Below, in pieces: positions 1 through 14,050 of a DNA stretch of 64,000 bases. This DNA is from the human T2T-CHM13v2.0 reference genome, Homo sapiens. Positions within the stretch are counted from its first letter, which is position 1. Every line of letters begins with the position of its first letter. Under the pieces are notes generated by a model. It was not told where the DNA came from and did not search any database. It saw only the letters and a list, made by a program, of their open reading frames with translations. The stretch lies in the NCBI RefSeq assembly GCF_009914755.1, contig NC_060930.1; one strand, 5' to 3'. The position numbers were made by a program, and so were the translations under genes.

Positions 1-29
1 TATTCACAAATTAAATATTACAATTTTTT

Positions 30-335
30 TGAAATACATGATCATTTCAATAGGTACAGAAAAGGTACTTGACAATGTTCGACAAATCTGATAAGAAAAA
101 AACATAATAAATTTAAAAATAAAGGGATAAAAATCAAAATTGATTTAAAAATAAAAATCATAATAAATTAAAAATACATCCTAAAAATTCAAAAATAAAG
201 GAGATAAACTGTTTTCAGTCTCTCTCCTGATTGTGGTGGTGGTGACTCTTATTGTTTTTCAGTGATCTAGAACTACATCAATAAAAGATATTCATTTCAC
301 TTATTTTATATCTCAATTAAAAATATAAAAATAAA
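30..335 (+). mobile_element. Ancient L1 (L1M/L1ME) fragments
   Basis: 'atacatgatcatttcaataggtacagaaaaggtacttgacaa' resembles the L1 ORF2 HMIISIDAEKAFDK segment. It is followed by an L1ME-type 3' end ('ctgattgtggtggtggtgac...tatatctcaattaaaa'). Confidence 0.55.
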
Positions 336-771
336 GCTATAAAACCACATACACATATATACATAAAATATTGACTTATGTTTTAACTTTAAAGTTATAA
401 ATAACAATTCTTATAATTAACATTCCATGTTTCACATGTCCTATTTGAACTTAAATGTATAATAATTTGAAAATCTATATTCACCCTGATGAGGAAATCA
501 GTTCTGTTATTATGTAGTACTGACCTTTTCATGATGCCAGATCCCCTTAATGTCTAAAATTACCCAAATTTATTTTTTCATTGATACTCTAGCCTTCCTG
601 CTCACAACATTTCTGTTATATAAAATTTTCAAGTTTCATGGACTTTAATCATGGAAATAACTTAAGAGTGTATTCTTAGAAAGAGAATAATTGTCCTAAG
701 GTAAAAGGTAATATAGCAAATATGGCAGTAGATGCATTTTTGGTATGACAACTTTTTTCAAAGTAGGGTAT

Positions 772-2109
772 TTTCTTAGTGTGTTTTCTGCTGCTATAAT
801 GGAATACCACAGGCTGAGTAATTTATTTAAAAGGGACATTTATTTCTCACAGTTCTGGGGGTTGGGAAGTCCAAGAGCATGGCACTGGCATCTGGTGAGT
901 GTGACCCTATCATGGAAGGCAGAAGGCAGATGCAAGCAAATAAGTCATAGAGAAAATGGGGACCAAATTTTCCCTGTTTACCAGGAGCCCACTCTTGCAA
1001 TAACTAACCACTCCTGAGATAATGGTATTGAATAATTCATGAGGGCAGATCCCCCATGCTCTAATCACCTCTTAAAGATCCCACCTACCAACACTGTGAC
1101 TATAGCTATTACATTTCCCACACATGAATCTTGAGGGATGTATTCAAACCATAGCATTACCTCCTTGCCCTCCAGATTTATATCTTTTTCACAATGCAAA
1201 ACACAATCATTCTATCATAATATTTTCATAAGTCTTAACTTGTTCGACCATCAACTCAAAATCCAAAGTCTAGAGCCTCATCTAGATTTGATCTGGGTGA
1301 AACTCAAAGCATAATTTGTAATGAGGCAGATTCCTCCAATGGTGAGTCCAAAAAATCAAATCAAATTACCTACTTTCAAAATACAATGGTGGGACAGGCA
1401 TAGGATAGACATTCTGAAAAGGGAGAAATGGGCAACAAGAAAAGGACAACCATCCCCAAGTAAGTCCAAAATCCAAAAGGAAAAACAACATTAAGTTTTA
1501 AAGCTGGGGAATTATCTCCTTTAACTTCCTGTCCCACAACCTAGGCACACTGGGCAGAATGGGCTCCCAGTGCCTCAGACAGCCCCACTCCTGTGGTTTT
1601 CCTGGGCTCAGTTCATGCTTCAGCTCTCTCGGGTTGGAGTTACATACTGGCTCTGGGTTCCTAGGGGCTGTCTCACTGCCACAGCTTCACTAGGCATTGC
1701 CCTACTGGGGAATCTCTCTGGAAACTTCAAATCCACATTTTCACTAGGCATTAACCTAGTAGGGTCTCTCTGCATTGGCTTCGCTCCCATGGCTCTGGTT
1801 TGGCTGGCAGTTCTGAAGGTTGGGATTCTAAAGCATGATACCAGCATCTAGCAAGGGTCATCTCATGGTGGAAGGTATAATGCAGTAGTAGGCATGTGAG
1901 AGAGGGAAACTGAGGGCTAGACCTCCCCCTTTCATCAGTTTCCCACTCCCACAATAACCAACTTACTCCTGTGTGTTCATAACATTAATCTGTCCTGAAT
2001 ACAGATTCCATATTACCTAATTACCTCTTAAAGTTCCCATCTTCCAATACTTACTACGTCAATTAGAATGCAACACATGAACTTTAGGGGATATACGAAA
2101 ACCATAGCA
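772..2109 (-). mobile_element. MaLR provirus (MLT1A/MST-type) LTR-internal-LTR with internal deletion
   Basis: LTR at 772-1156 ('cttagtgtgttttctgctgctataatggaataccacaggctgagtaattt' ... 'attcaaaccatagca'). MaLR internal sequence at ~1157-1800. Second, partial LTR at ~1805-2109, ending in the same 'aaaccatagca'. Confidence 0.8.
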
Positions 2110-2579
2110 GTTTTGCTAATCAGATATTTTATCTCTAGTGATCCATCCAAGAGTAAAACTACTCCAAAGTACTGATATTCCAAAGTTTAGAACTGAGCTC
2201 ATTAGGAGTCAATGCATTTATTGATTTTATCTCTAAACAATTTGGCAATGAAAGAGTACAAAATAACTCTAGGGCAGACAGCCAAAAAATAGCAGCAGAT
2301 CCCTCTTATATAGAAGACACATTCTTTGTCTTATAATCCAAACAACGCTCTAAAATGTTATTAAGTTGGGCTTAATGTTTTGTGTTTAATGTTGTGGTTG
2401 ATGTCACAGGGTTTTAAAAATACATTAGTTTTTCAAGCTCCTTTTTTGGTTTATTAGACTCTATTATTCAATTCTGGGCCCCCTCTCTCTCATTCCTCTC
2501 TTCCATTTTTTTTCTCTATGATTTTCTTAAAATACTCTTAATTACCGAAAATGTATCATTTTTTCTTGGGCCATTTACT

Positions 2580-4560
2580 ATGTTAACCCCTAGTCAGAAA
2601 CCTGACTAGGAACAGAAGAAAAGGCTTAGTGGGATATATGAAGAGAGTTTTAAGAAGATAATTTATAGAGGAGTAGGCAACAAAAATGAAAAGAGTTTAA
2701 AGCCTCTGGGACCAAGCAACAGTGGGAAATTATCATCATGTTTTGGCCTAAATGGACAAGGGAAGGGACCCTTGCTGGAACCCAGTGAAGGCTATTTCCT
2801 TGAGAATGAGGCCCAGACAGAAGCTATGGCTCTAGTAGAAGAATGCAGAACCTACTGAATTGTGGACTGAATGGCAGGAAACAAAGGAAATCAATACCAA
2901 GCCACTATCTTTTTTTGCCAGACTCCATTTAATTTAACTCAAATGGAAACTCTAGGAAACAGTTTCTCTCATTCAAAGAGAAAGACAGCGAAGGATAGAG
3001 AATACACCTAGAGGTTCAAACGAAGACTATATACTACAATATAGCAACCACTCTATACCTTTGGTTGAAAAAAAAACTGTGTTCTCAAAATAGAAAAATA
3101 CAAATCTTCAGTAGTTTTGTCTTGAGTTTCCACAGTTTTCCATGAATAGTGTTATCAAGTGATACGGTTTGGCTCTGTGTTCTCACCCAAATCTCATCTT
3201 AATTGTAATCCTGATATGCCAAGGGGGGACCTGCAATCCCCACATGTCGAGGGAAGGAGGTAATTGGATCATGGGGATGGTTTCTCCCATGCTGTTTTCA
3301 TAATAGTGAGTGAGTTCTCTTGAGTTCTGTTGGTTTCATAAGTGTTTGACAGTTCCTCTTTCACATGCTCCCTTCTGCCACCTTGTGAAGAAGGTGCCTG
3401 CTTTCCCTTCTGCATTGATTACAAGTTTCCTGAGGCCTCCCCAGCCATGTGGAACTGTTAGTCAATTAAATCTCTTTCCTTTATAAATTACCCAGTCTTG
3501 GGTATTTTTTTTATAGCAGTGTGAAAATGGGCTAATACATCAAGCATGGGAATACTACGTGTCAATGCAGTCAACACTGATTCTGACACACCTCCTCCTT
3601 GCCCCCATTTTGTATTATAAGTTTTAATTAGGATCACTGACTCACTTCTCTTTGATTCAGTGATATTTAGATAACAAAATTGCCAGGTGACTCAATTTTC
3701 ATTTCATTGAAACCAACTGTTTGCCCTGTAGAAGCACTTATCTCTTAGTCCTACAAGTTTCGAGTATATTGTCCCTAGAGTTGTAAGAAAATAAAGTCCT
3801 TAAGTGTGTTATTATTATTGGCTATAAATGTGAAGGGGCCCAATATACTTCTACCCTTTTTGTTGGTGTACCTGTGTAATCTGGCTATGTGGGAAATGGC
3901 AATACATATTGACCATTGATTTAAGGCTTAATATGTACCCTGTAGCACAGCACTTCAGCCTTTTAGAATGTTTTCTCCCAGTGTACTTTGTGAATGAGTC
4001 CTTACCATTATGCCTCATCATTCTATGGGAACTTGCACATGGTAAACAATTGAATACTTCGAGTATTAACCCATAGATGTACCTCTTTCATATAAAATAT
4101 ATCCTTTAGTCAAAGACAATATTGTGTGATAGACTAGGCACTCTGTAAGTCCAAAATAGTGATAATAGCATGAGCACTGAGTCACAAAAGGAAAATTCAT
4201 ATTCTAGTAACATATGTATTTCCTTGAGTACAACCCCTACCCCCTCCAACCCTCCAAGATAGAAACCATTCTATGTAATCAGCTTGCCATCACCAACCTG
4301 CACCTGGTGGCATGCTGTCTCCCTTCCATCCAGGAAATAGTGTCATACGGGCCTTAGTGTTAGCCCCTTGTAGGCATACAGATGATCCTTACACTCTGTG
4401 TCCATTCGAAAATGTTTATCCTCATACCTCTCTTCCAAACTGCCTTGCCAACAATCTTCTAATTTTGTTTTAGTCGAGATCCTGACCAATGTAGAACATT
4501 TTCTGAACTGTGTTATTGAATGGACACAACCAGGTACATACTCTTAACTTCACAAGACAA
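2580..4560. mobile_element. Ancient ERVL-class LTR plus internal remnant (family not assigned), interrupted by the LTR at 3160
   Basis: Degenerate ERVL-like motifs, e.g. 'gcaacagtgggaaattatcatcatgttttggcctaaatggacaagggaagg' and 'gtaatcagcttgccatcacc...ggtggcatgctgtctcc'. Pattern recognition only. Confidence 0.4.
3160..3539 (+). mobile_element. THE1D/MSTA solo LTR (MaLR)
   Basis: 'tgatacggtttggctctgtgttctcacccaaatctcatct' ... 'gggctaataca'. Perfect 5-bp TSD TCAAG at 3155-3159 and 3540-3544. Confidence 0.92.
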
Positions 4561-7500
4561 GATGATGTAATCTCTAGTCTTTCTTTCTTCTCTTCTCTTC
4601 CTCCATTCTTATGGCCTAAATATATATCTCCACTCAGGTTTCCAAAGCAACAAAACTTTGTGGAAACTTGACAAAATATCTATTTATTATATCTGAAACT
4701 ATTCTCATATGAATAGGAAAATTATCTTCTCACTCTATTTTACAGTGCAAAAACATGATTGAATGATCGAGATAAAATGTTAGTCACAATTTCATGACGT
4801 GTTTTACCCAGAATCTGCCTGACATTAATTGCAGTATTTCTTTGTCATGCAGCTACATCTGCTGTATTCTGATCTCATCATAGCGGTGGATGAAGTGTGG
4901 CAAAATTTGTTTGTGTTTAGCTGATTAAAATTTGCTATAAAGATTCAGGCAATATGAGCTGTACACATTGATTTATGAATTTATCTACACACAGAAAAAT
5001 ATAACATTTGCTGTGTAAACCCTTAAAGGTTAGGAACCAGAATTTCTGTGGGTGAACACTAATGCATAACTATTGCCTGTGGAAAGTTGCTAAATAAAAC
5101 GTTTACCAAATTACACTCACAAAGATGAATACACTTTTGCTTTTCTTTTCAGCCAATTATAATCTTTCAGTGATGAAATTGGAAACTATTTGAAATGAAC
5201 TTTTCTATTATATAACATAATCAATAAATTTGCATGAGGATTAGAAATATAATGTTAATATTTCTTTACATTTGCTCTTCCTTAATGTAAACATGAACTT
5301 ACTAATTATATAAATTTTATTGACGAATTAAATAATCTTGTTAGTTGTTTCCTTGCTTCTAAAAATATAGTTACATTAATGAGACATCAAAACTCTCATT
5401 TGAGATTTGAAACCTGGTGTTTTATTTTGTCAGCAGGGAAAGGAGGAGGTACACTTCCTCCTTTTCATCTGTAAGCATGGATTAGAAATCTTGTAATTTT
5501 AAACAGCTCAGAATGTAAAGTTTTGGCATAGTCATCTAATTTTTTTACGAGACATTGCCTCTGGTTAACAGCAGTAAAATGTTAATTTAGTCTTTGATAG
5601 GACATATTTGCATTATAACTCAGAACAGTTTTGGTATATGCTAATTCTGAAATAAAAATGCTCTGATTAACGACTGAATCAATATAAAAACTACCAAATG
5701 TCTGAAATGGCAAAGCTGATCAAAGGTGCCATAATAGTATGACAATGCACAGTGTAAATGCATTCCCAGTGTTATATGTTAAGTGATTTCAGGGACTTAT
5801 AAATAAAACATCTAATTGATAATATCTAAAAGCATGCACAGTATGCTATCTTCCATGAAATTACCTGCTTGTACACATTTTTGAACTATGCCAATGAATA
5901 TTTTGAAATTTATTTTTCTAATATGCTTACTTTATTTTGCAGGTGATAAGTAAACCTGATGAGAAACATCAATTTTTTTCAGTGTTTGCTGGTTAGGTTC
6001 ATATAACAAATTTTAAAAATAGATTGTTATAATAAGAAAATAAGGATAACAGTAAAATAAATTTCTCCTACCTTAAGCCTGTGGATATGCTAAGCATGAT
6101 CTGTTTTTATTGCTATTAAATTCTTGCATTGTAAGTGTAGGAAGGCACTGATAGCCTACATATCTAGTTTTTAAAAAAAATTTAAATAAATGTACAGCTC
6201 ACACTTACATTTACTATATTTTCCCTATATTGTGTTATGCTTCAGTTTCATAATCCTCATTCATGATTATTTCATGGTCATTCAGAGTATACTTTAACTC
6301 TAGCTGATTTCCTGAAACATTGTGATCATCAATGGTTGCTAGCTTTATTTACTTAAATTCTACTGATAGAATTTAACCTTAAATAAATTCTTCTACTGAT
6401 AGAAGTCTGAACCTTAAATAAAACACTTTAACACTGGATATTTTTGCATGAGGCAAATGTTTCTATAACATTGAATATGTCATGTTCCTGGCTCACCCAC
6501 TCTTTTTTAGAGATTTCTATTGGGTTATACATTTATGTTTAGTGGTTATCTCCACATCAGCCAGTATATTCAATTTTACAATGTTATAGTAAGCTTCACA
6601 AGCACTCTTGGTAAGGATATTCTAGTATAAAGTATTATGCAATCTGTTTGTCGATTGGCTTCACTGTCAGAGACAGTTAGAATCTCATTCCTCTTGTCAG
6701 CATCCTCACTAAGAATAATTTATCTGAGGACAGTGATAACTGCATGTGCTCAAATTATCAGAGGGCATGACAAATAAATGACATATGTAATTTGTGAAAG
6801 TTGAACTAACTAATGAGCTATGAACAGGACCTAAAGGTCTATATATGCATTTTTTTGTAGTATCTGGGCTTATAGCATTAATAAAGTTTTACTTCAATTT
6901 ACTTAACATATTTTTCTGAATAGCTCAAAGTGATTTTAAATTTGTTCACTACCTGACTTTTTACTCATTTCTACCCTTCTCAGAACATAAATTGGTGATA
7001 AAACATCTAATAGAATCATATATTCTATGTATTATAATACATAGAGCTCTCATTTTTCTTCTAAATATATTTTTATATGATTTATTATATACATGAATAT
7101 CTTGTTTTTAATTTTAAATAGAACCATTGAAGACCAGAAGAGTGAAGCACCATGACTGTACATTTTGTAGGATTATTATTTTTAATTACTCAGTGTTTAC
7201 TCTGTTTATAAAGATTATCTTTTTTTCATATTATAAATTGCTTCAATTTTACAATCCTTCTAAAAACATTATGTCCAAAATTTTAACTTGCGACTTAGCA
7301 CAATGGCAAAATTTTCACATTTGCATCTGTTATCACTGTTTCCTAAGCAGTAACCAGAAGTAGCAACTAATAGGACAACTGAATGAAGCACAAAGAAAAC
7401 GCATGTCTTTAGCAGGAAAGCTGACAGCAAAAACAATGTGAGTTGTCTCACAGAGCAGCTACATCTGCATCAAAAGAGGCTTAGACACTTTCTGATATTG

Positions 7501-9079
7501 AAGGGATAAACAGAGAAATATTCCCTAACCACAGACTGCTCTCTCATTGTCGACCAGACTTAGGCCAAAAGGATCAAATTTATGGGAAATAAGCTATTAA
7601 AAATATCTGGCATTGATTCTGGAAACACCCTTACTAAATTCTTGATAAGTATGTTTGGAAAGAGAGGGAATATTGAAGATGAGGTGATGTCACTTGTGTC
7701 ATTCCCTATGTTGGTACCAACCCAGAAATGCCTTACAGATGTCTCTTGCCAACTTGAAAGAAGCTGGTTCTCTACACTTGTTAAAATATAACACATGGTA
7801 GTTGTTTGAAGTCATGGAAGCTTATTTAGCAGAACAATGAGTAGTACTGGCTGCCAATCTCATGAGCATATTTAATGGAGAGGATAATCTTGAATTAAAT
7901 AGCTGTGTATTTTTGCACTACTTCATTTGGTTCCATATGGAAAGAAAACATATGGGCTGAGAAGTAGCCAGGAGTTGCATCATGTACAAGTGTACATACA
8001 TTTCAAAACCCTGCATGAAATAATTTCAAACTAAGTCTCAGTGTCATAGCATTCAAGGGTATGGAAATATCAAGGGCCATCTAAATGTTTCCAGACATTC
8101 TGTGACAAGCTATATTCTTGTTTAAATCTAAGTAAACTTCAAGAATTTTAATACACTCTCATATGCCTATTAACATTTAAAAGCGACAGTGGAATAAAAG
8201 TTTAAAAAACAAAAAACAAAATTGGACCTAAATGACAAGCCTGAAATTAGAAACTTATTGCCTTGTCTCTCCTAAGTTGCAATATGTGTTATGGGAGACA
8301 GCTGCAAATCTCAGAGCCAGCTATGACTATGACCTTTTCACTGTCTCTCATTTGAAGTTATGGTTGTGTGGTAAATGTTTTATGGACTTCAAATCAGACT
8401 ACTGATTGATGTGTGTGGATGCATTCCATTTCTGTCTTATCTTGTGATACAATTAGGACTAAAGTACCAAAGGAGGCCGAGAGGAGGGTGATGGCTTGGG
8501 GACCTAAACAGACTCGTCCCCTGAGGCAGTTAAAGGGCTGGAGAGCAGACCCAAGTTAGCACTGAGGGTACTCCATGGTGCTGACAGAATAGCATATGAA
8601 TGTTGTCAGGGTGGAAGTTGGCAGATGGTATTGGCAAATCTGTTAAGAGTTGAGTGTGGGACACCGAGAAGCAAATTAGCAGGCAGAGCCCTGCATGAAA
8701 AATTGTGGGAGATGTAACACTAGATTATAGAAGCAGGCAAACAGGCCTCTCAAAGGTAGTCTGTTAGGAGATACCAAGACCTCATTCTTATTTTGGATTC
8801 AAAGGAAATATTTCACATGTGGTAGGAATCCTGGCAACACAAAGACCAGGTTCTAGATCTTCATGCCTTTTATCCAAGACAGAAATTTATACACAAGGAA
8901 ATAAAACAGTAATCTAAAGCCAAAGCTGAATTAATTACCTGACAAGGTGACTTTATGGTAATGGCAGTTATCAATTATGCCTTATGTTAAACATGATCCC
9001 TTTTGATAAACATAGTCCCTTAATGAAACAGGACTATGTGAGAGGAAATTGGAAAAATTGGAAGAATTTTATAAAGGTC

Positions 9080-9175
9080 TCAACATTTCCTCAGCTGCAA
9101 AATGGATATAATAAAGCTTCCCCAACTTACCTTATGTAATTGTGAGAATTTCAAAAACTTAATGCATTCTACATA
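9080..9175. mobile_element. MIR fragment
   Basis: MIR core-like 'tttcctcagctgcaaaatggatataataa...ttgtgagaatt'. Confidence 0.6.
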
Positions 9176-9197
9176 TGATTCTTTACTCACATTTTCT

Positions 9198-9590
9198 TGT
9201 GGTAAAGGCTGACAGATGTTCATCAATGTCTTTTTTTCTCTTCTTTTAATCTTATTAGTATGTTGGGTTTCTATCCCTGCTCTGCACTTACGTGTGTTGG
9301 CAATAGATCTAGTGAAGAAGTGATAAGAGCCACTTGTGGACCAAGAATTTAAGAAACAGGTATTCCTCCTCTAAGTTCTGTTCCTTTCTCTTAGATGCAT
9401 GTGGATGGTAACCAGAGTCTAAAGGATAGTGGGTGGAAGGAAGGAGGCTACATCCTTAAATCACTATATGTAAACGATCCATACAGCATACACAACCACA
9501 CTAGACCGTGGATAGGGGAGCAAGAAAGAAACTTCTACTTTTCCTAATGCATGTTTGGATTTGTTAGAGTGATTTCAGCACGTCTACTTT
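9198..9590 (+). mobile_element. Old MLT1 (MLT1J/I-like) LTR
   Basis: Starts 'tgtggtaaaggctga'. The 3' motif 'gagcaagaaagaaacttctac...tttggatttgtta' is typical of old MLT1. Confidence 0.55.
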
Positions 9591-10249
9591 AATAAGCCTC
9601 TGGATATTTCAGACTCAAATGTTAGTAAAATTTTCTGTCATTGCCTTTATATCTATTTTTCTAAAGTGCAGTATCTTCTATCTTCACAGTTCACTACACC
9701 AGCTTTCTCTTCACTAAATTGCAGCCCTTTGCTGCTCAATCTCATAATCTGCTGTTTTTTTACATCCTACAGATTATTGATATATTACATATTATTTTGT
9801 TTTGTATTTTTTTACCTATTTATTTTTTGTGTTTTATTGGTATGTATTATTTATATGAATTAAAAAACAAACTTTAACCTACCAAGTAAAATATTCATTT
9901 GGCATCAAGTATTTATTCATAGGAACTATATATAAAAATAAATATAGAAATTTATATTAATCTATTTATATAAATCTATCTCAAAGAAGATAAATGTTAA
10001 CATGAATGAGGGTTTTGGTGAACTGAAATTTACCAAGTGTGGCTATGACTTCTGTCTTTTTCCCCAGTAGTAGATTTAATGCATTTTCAAATAATATACC
10101 TCTTTTACTGTCCTTATAAATAAAAATATAAATATGCAAATAAAAATATTTCTAATTTGTTGTTCTCCATGACCGATTCACATTTACACAAAATATTTTA
10201 TTTAGTTTTCCTGCGCAATCATTTAAAATTTACCTTTACCAACTATCAA

Positions 10250-10581
<332 letters not shown>

Positions 10582-11767
10582 TTAGGAAGTGGAATGCTAA
10601 TTATTGCTTATAAGTGTTTTACATCGCAAGCTTCTCTTTCAGTTTCCCTCTGTACGAAGCTGGGAAAGCCTCCACTTAGAAAATTGTTCAACTTGGAGAG
10701 TACATATCCTATAACCTGACGATAAGCTATAGAAAAAATATCTTTTCAGGATTCAAAATAAGAAATATGGTGTTGGATAGAGACATAAGTTGTCAAAAAC
10801 CTGCCATATCTCTAATCAGAGACATTTAAAAGTGACATGTGAGACAGATGTCCAAATGACAGTATGATGATTCACCTTGATAGGTCTCTAATCTTACTCT
10901 CTCCAGTATATATCCTAAAGCCTATGTAACTTGACTATATTTCTTTAACTGCTAGGAGATGTGCTTCCACAGAAATGTAATGTAATTGTATATCCATGAA
11001 TTTTATTGGCAATTGATACAAGAAATGGCCACATAAAGCCAATTTTTATTCTTTATGTAACTTCTCCAGAGGATATTGAAAAACATTCTTTACAGAGAAA
11101 TCAACACCATAAATTCACTTAGCATTTAGAAAAAAAGCATTTTCCTCCCAAAGATAATGAGACCTGGATAGTTCATATTTCTAGTTCTTGGTTGCCAGTA
11201 TTCTCAGGGTACATTATTTCTAAATTATGAAACCATGACATATATCCAAAATTCTGATTCAGTGTTTTTCTTTGTATTGTTAATATTGTTTTACTTATGA
11301 TATAGGATTATTGTAACTTTAAATGATTTTGTTTTTGTTTATTATGTATTATTCAAATTTATAGTATAGATTTCAAATGATAAGTAATATTTTGAATATG
11401 TTAGAAATATTAACTAATGGATTAGAATATAGCAAGGCATTTATATATAATATATATTTACATAGATACAGATAGAAATAAAAACAATTATATATATAGT
11501 CATGCATTGCACAAACATTGGAATACATTCTGTGAAATGTGGTATTGGGCAACTTTTTCATTGTGCAAAAATCAGAGTGTACTTATATAAACCTGAATAA
11601 TCCAGCCTACTACACACTTAGGCTATTGCTCCTAGGCTACAAACATGCACAGCACGTTACTGTACTAAATGATGTAGGCAATTGCAATGCAATCGTATTT
11701 GTATGTCTAAACACAGAAAAGATATAGTAAAAATATGGTATAAAAGATGAAAAAATGGTACATCTGT

Positions 11768-11838
11768 TGTATTAGTCAGGGTTCTCTAGAGGGACAGAAC
11801 TAATAGGGTAGATATAAACATAGAAAGGGACAACTGAC
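11768..11838 (-). mobile_element. MLT2A LTR terminal fragment
   Basis: 'tgtattagtcagggttctctagagggacagaactaatagg' matches the MLT2A end. Confidence 0.8.
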
Positions 11839-12197
11839 TGTATTAGTAAATTTTTATGCTGCTGATAAAGACATACCTGAGACTGGGCAATTTACAAAAG
11901 AAAGAAGTTTAATGGACTTACAGTTCCACGTGGCTGGGAAGGCCTCACAATCATGGCAGAAGGGGAAAGACACATATCACATGGTGGCAGATAAGAGAAG
12001 AGAGCTTTTGAAGGAAAACTCCAGTTTTCAAAAACCATCAAATATTGTGAGATGTATTCACTGTCATGAGAACAGCATGGGAAAAACTCACCCCCATAAC
12101 TCAATTACTACCCACCAGCTTCCTCCCATGACACATGGAAATTGTGGGAGTTATAATTCAAGATGAGATTTGGGTGGGACACAGCCAAACTATATCA
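11839..12197 (-). mobile_element. THE1B-like LTR
   Basis: 'gctgctgataaagacatacctgagactgggcaatttacaaaagaaagaagtttaatggacttacagttccacgtggctggg' ... 'gggacacagccaaactatatca'. Confidence 0.92.
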
Positions 12198-13099
12198 CAT
12201 GTGTATAGCACTTACCATGAAATGAGCTTGCAGGACTGGAAGTTGCTCTAAGTAAGTCAGTGAGTGAGTGGTGAATAAACGTGAAACCCTAGGACATCAC
12301 TGTGCACCACTGTAGATTTTATAAACTTAGGCTATACTAAATTTATTAAAAATACTTTCTTCTTCCATAATATATTAACCTTAGCTTACTATAACCTTAG
12401 CTTACTATAATAGTTTAAAATTTTAAAACTATTTTACTCTTTTGTAATAACAGCTTAAAACACACATTTTATAGCTGTACAAAAATATTTTTATATTCTT
12501 ATTCTGCAAGCTTTTTTCTATTCTTATTTTTTTAACTTTTTGAAAAATTTCATTAAAAACTAAGACACAAATACACATCTTATCCTAGGCCTACACAGGA
12601 TCTGGATCATTAAATCACTGTCTTCCACCTCCATTATCTTGTCCCACTGGAAGGTCTTTGGAGGCAATAACAAGCATGCAGCTGGCATCTCTTGTGATAA
12701 CAATGCCTTCCTCTGGATTAACTACTGAAGGACCTGCCTGTAGTTACGATTAACTTTTTAAAAAATAGATATAAGAAGTATACTCTAAAATAGCAATAAA
12801 AAGTAACTCTAATAAATACATAAATCAATAACATAGTCTTATTATCATTATCAAGTATTATGAACTGTACATAATTGTTTGTGTTATGCTTTTATATGAC
12901 TGGCAGCTCAGTAGGTTTGTTTACACCAGCATCACCAAAACATATGAATCATGTTTTGCAATACTGCTTCAGAGGGCTATAACATCACTAGGTGATAGGA
13001 ATTTTTCAACTCTATTATAATCTTATGGAACCGTCATCATATATGTAGTCTGTGGTTGACCAAAATGTCATTATGTGGCATGACTGTAATAGTGTTCAC

Positions 13100-14050
13100 A
13101 AAAGTAGGTTTATAAAATACAATTTTATTTTTAGCATTATTCATATAACATTAACACAAGATAATTTTTAATTCATTTCTACGGATTTCATCACACCTTA
13201 TCTCATGAATGAATCATTTTTAATGTACCAATTTCCAAATCGTTGGCTATTTTTCCTTCAATGTTGTGTTACATGAAATGTGGTAATGAACATCACCATC
13301 CATCAATTTTTTGTGCTAGATTATTTCTTTAGACATATTTTTATAGGTAAAACTACAGGGCCAAAAACTTTAAATGCTTTGAACTTCTTGAAACACAATA
13401 CAAATTTAATTTATATAAAATTATATATTCATATTGTAAGGGTTAATATCTGAGATGTATCACTTCATATTTTCTACAACTTTGATTATTACAATTTTTA
13501 AAACTTCTAAAATACTTCACTGATCTTTTCAATAATATTTTGTCAACTACTAGTGACATTTCACATGCTTTCTGGTGTTGCTGGTGATCTTTTATCTCCT
13601 TACGTAAATCCTTATGCATTTTCTGCCATTTTCATTTGAGTTTCACTCTTATGCTTTTTTATTTAAAAAAATTTATATATTAGTGAAAATAATCTTCTTT
13701 CTTATCTACTACAAATATTTCCAAGTCTGTGATTTATATCAAAATGTATACTTTATTTTTGGTGCAACAATGTTTACATATTTAACTATATTAGTTATAT
13801 TTATTCTGTTTTCAGCTCAACAATTTCCTCTGCCTTGAAGCCTTTTTCCAGCATACCTCAGCTTACAATGATTTTTCATATGTGATTGAATTCACTATAA
13901 GCATTTTCCCTTATTCAATGGTTAATTGCAGACTGCTTTTAAATGTTTCACATTTTATACATATTCACATTTGTCATTTTATTTATACTTTGATTTTACC
14001 ACTAAATATTGAATTTTATTTAGTATATAAATTATTTATATTTTATTTTA
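13100..14050 (-). mobile_element. Highly decayed L1ME fragments
   Basis: Antisense L1 3'-region-like motifs such as 'ttatttctttagacatattttttataggtaaaactacagggccaaaa'; T-rich. Confidence 0.45.

Larger units (their letters stand above)
11497..13086. mobile_element. Tigger3b-like DNA transposon with nested LTRs
   Basis: Terminal inverted ends 'ta|tagtcatgc' ... 'gcatgactg|ta' with TA TSD. Characteristic 'cctactacacacttaggcta', 'gagcttgcaggactggaagttgctct' and 'ctattataatcttatggaacc'. Confidence 0.9.

Noticed and set aside
5925-5952. Splice-acceptor-like 'tttattttgcag|gtgataag'
   Set aside because: Isolated motif with an immediate stop-rich context and no supportable exon.
7560-7796. Overlapping ORFs on both strands in non-repeat DNA
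   Set aside because: Short, no recognisable homology and no convincing splice-site pair; compatible with chance.
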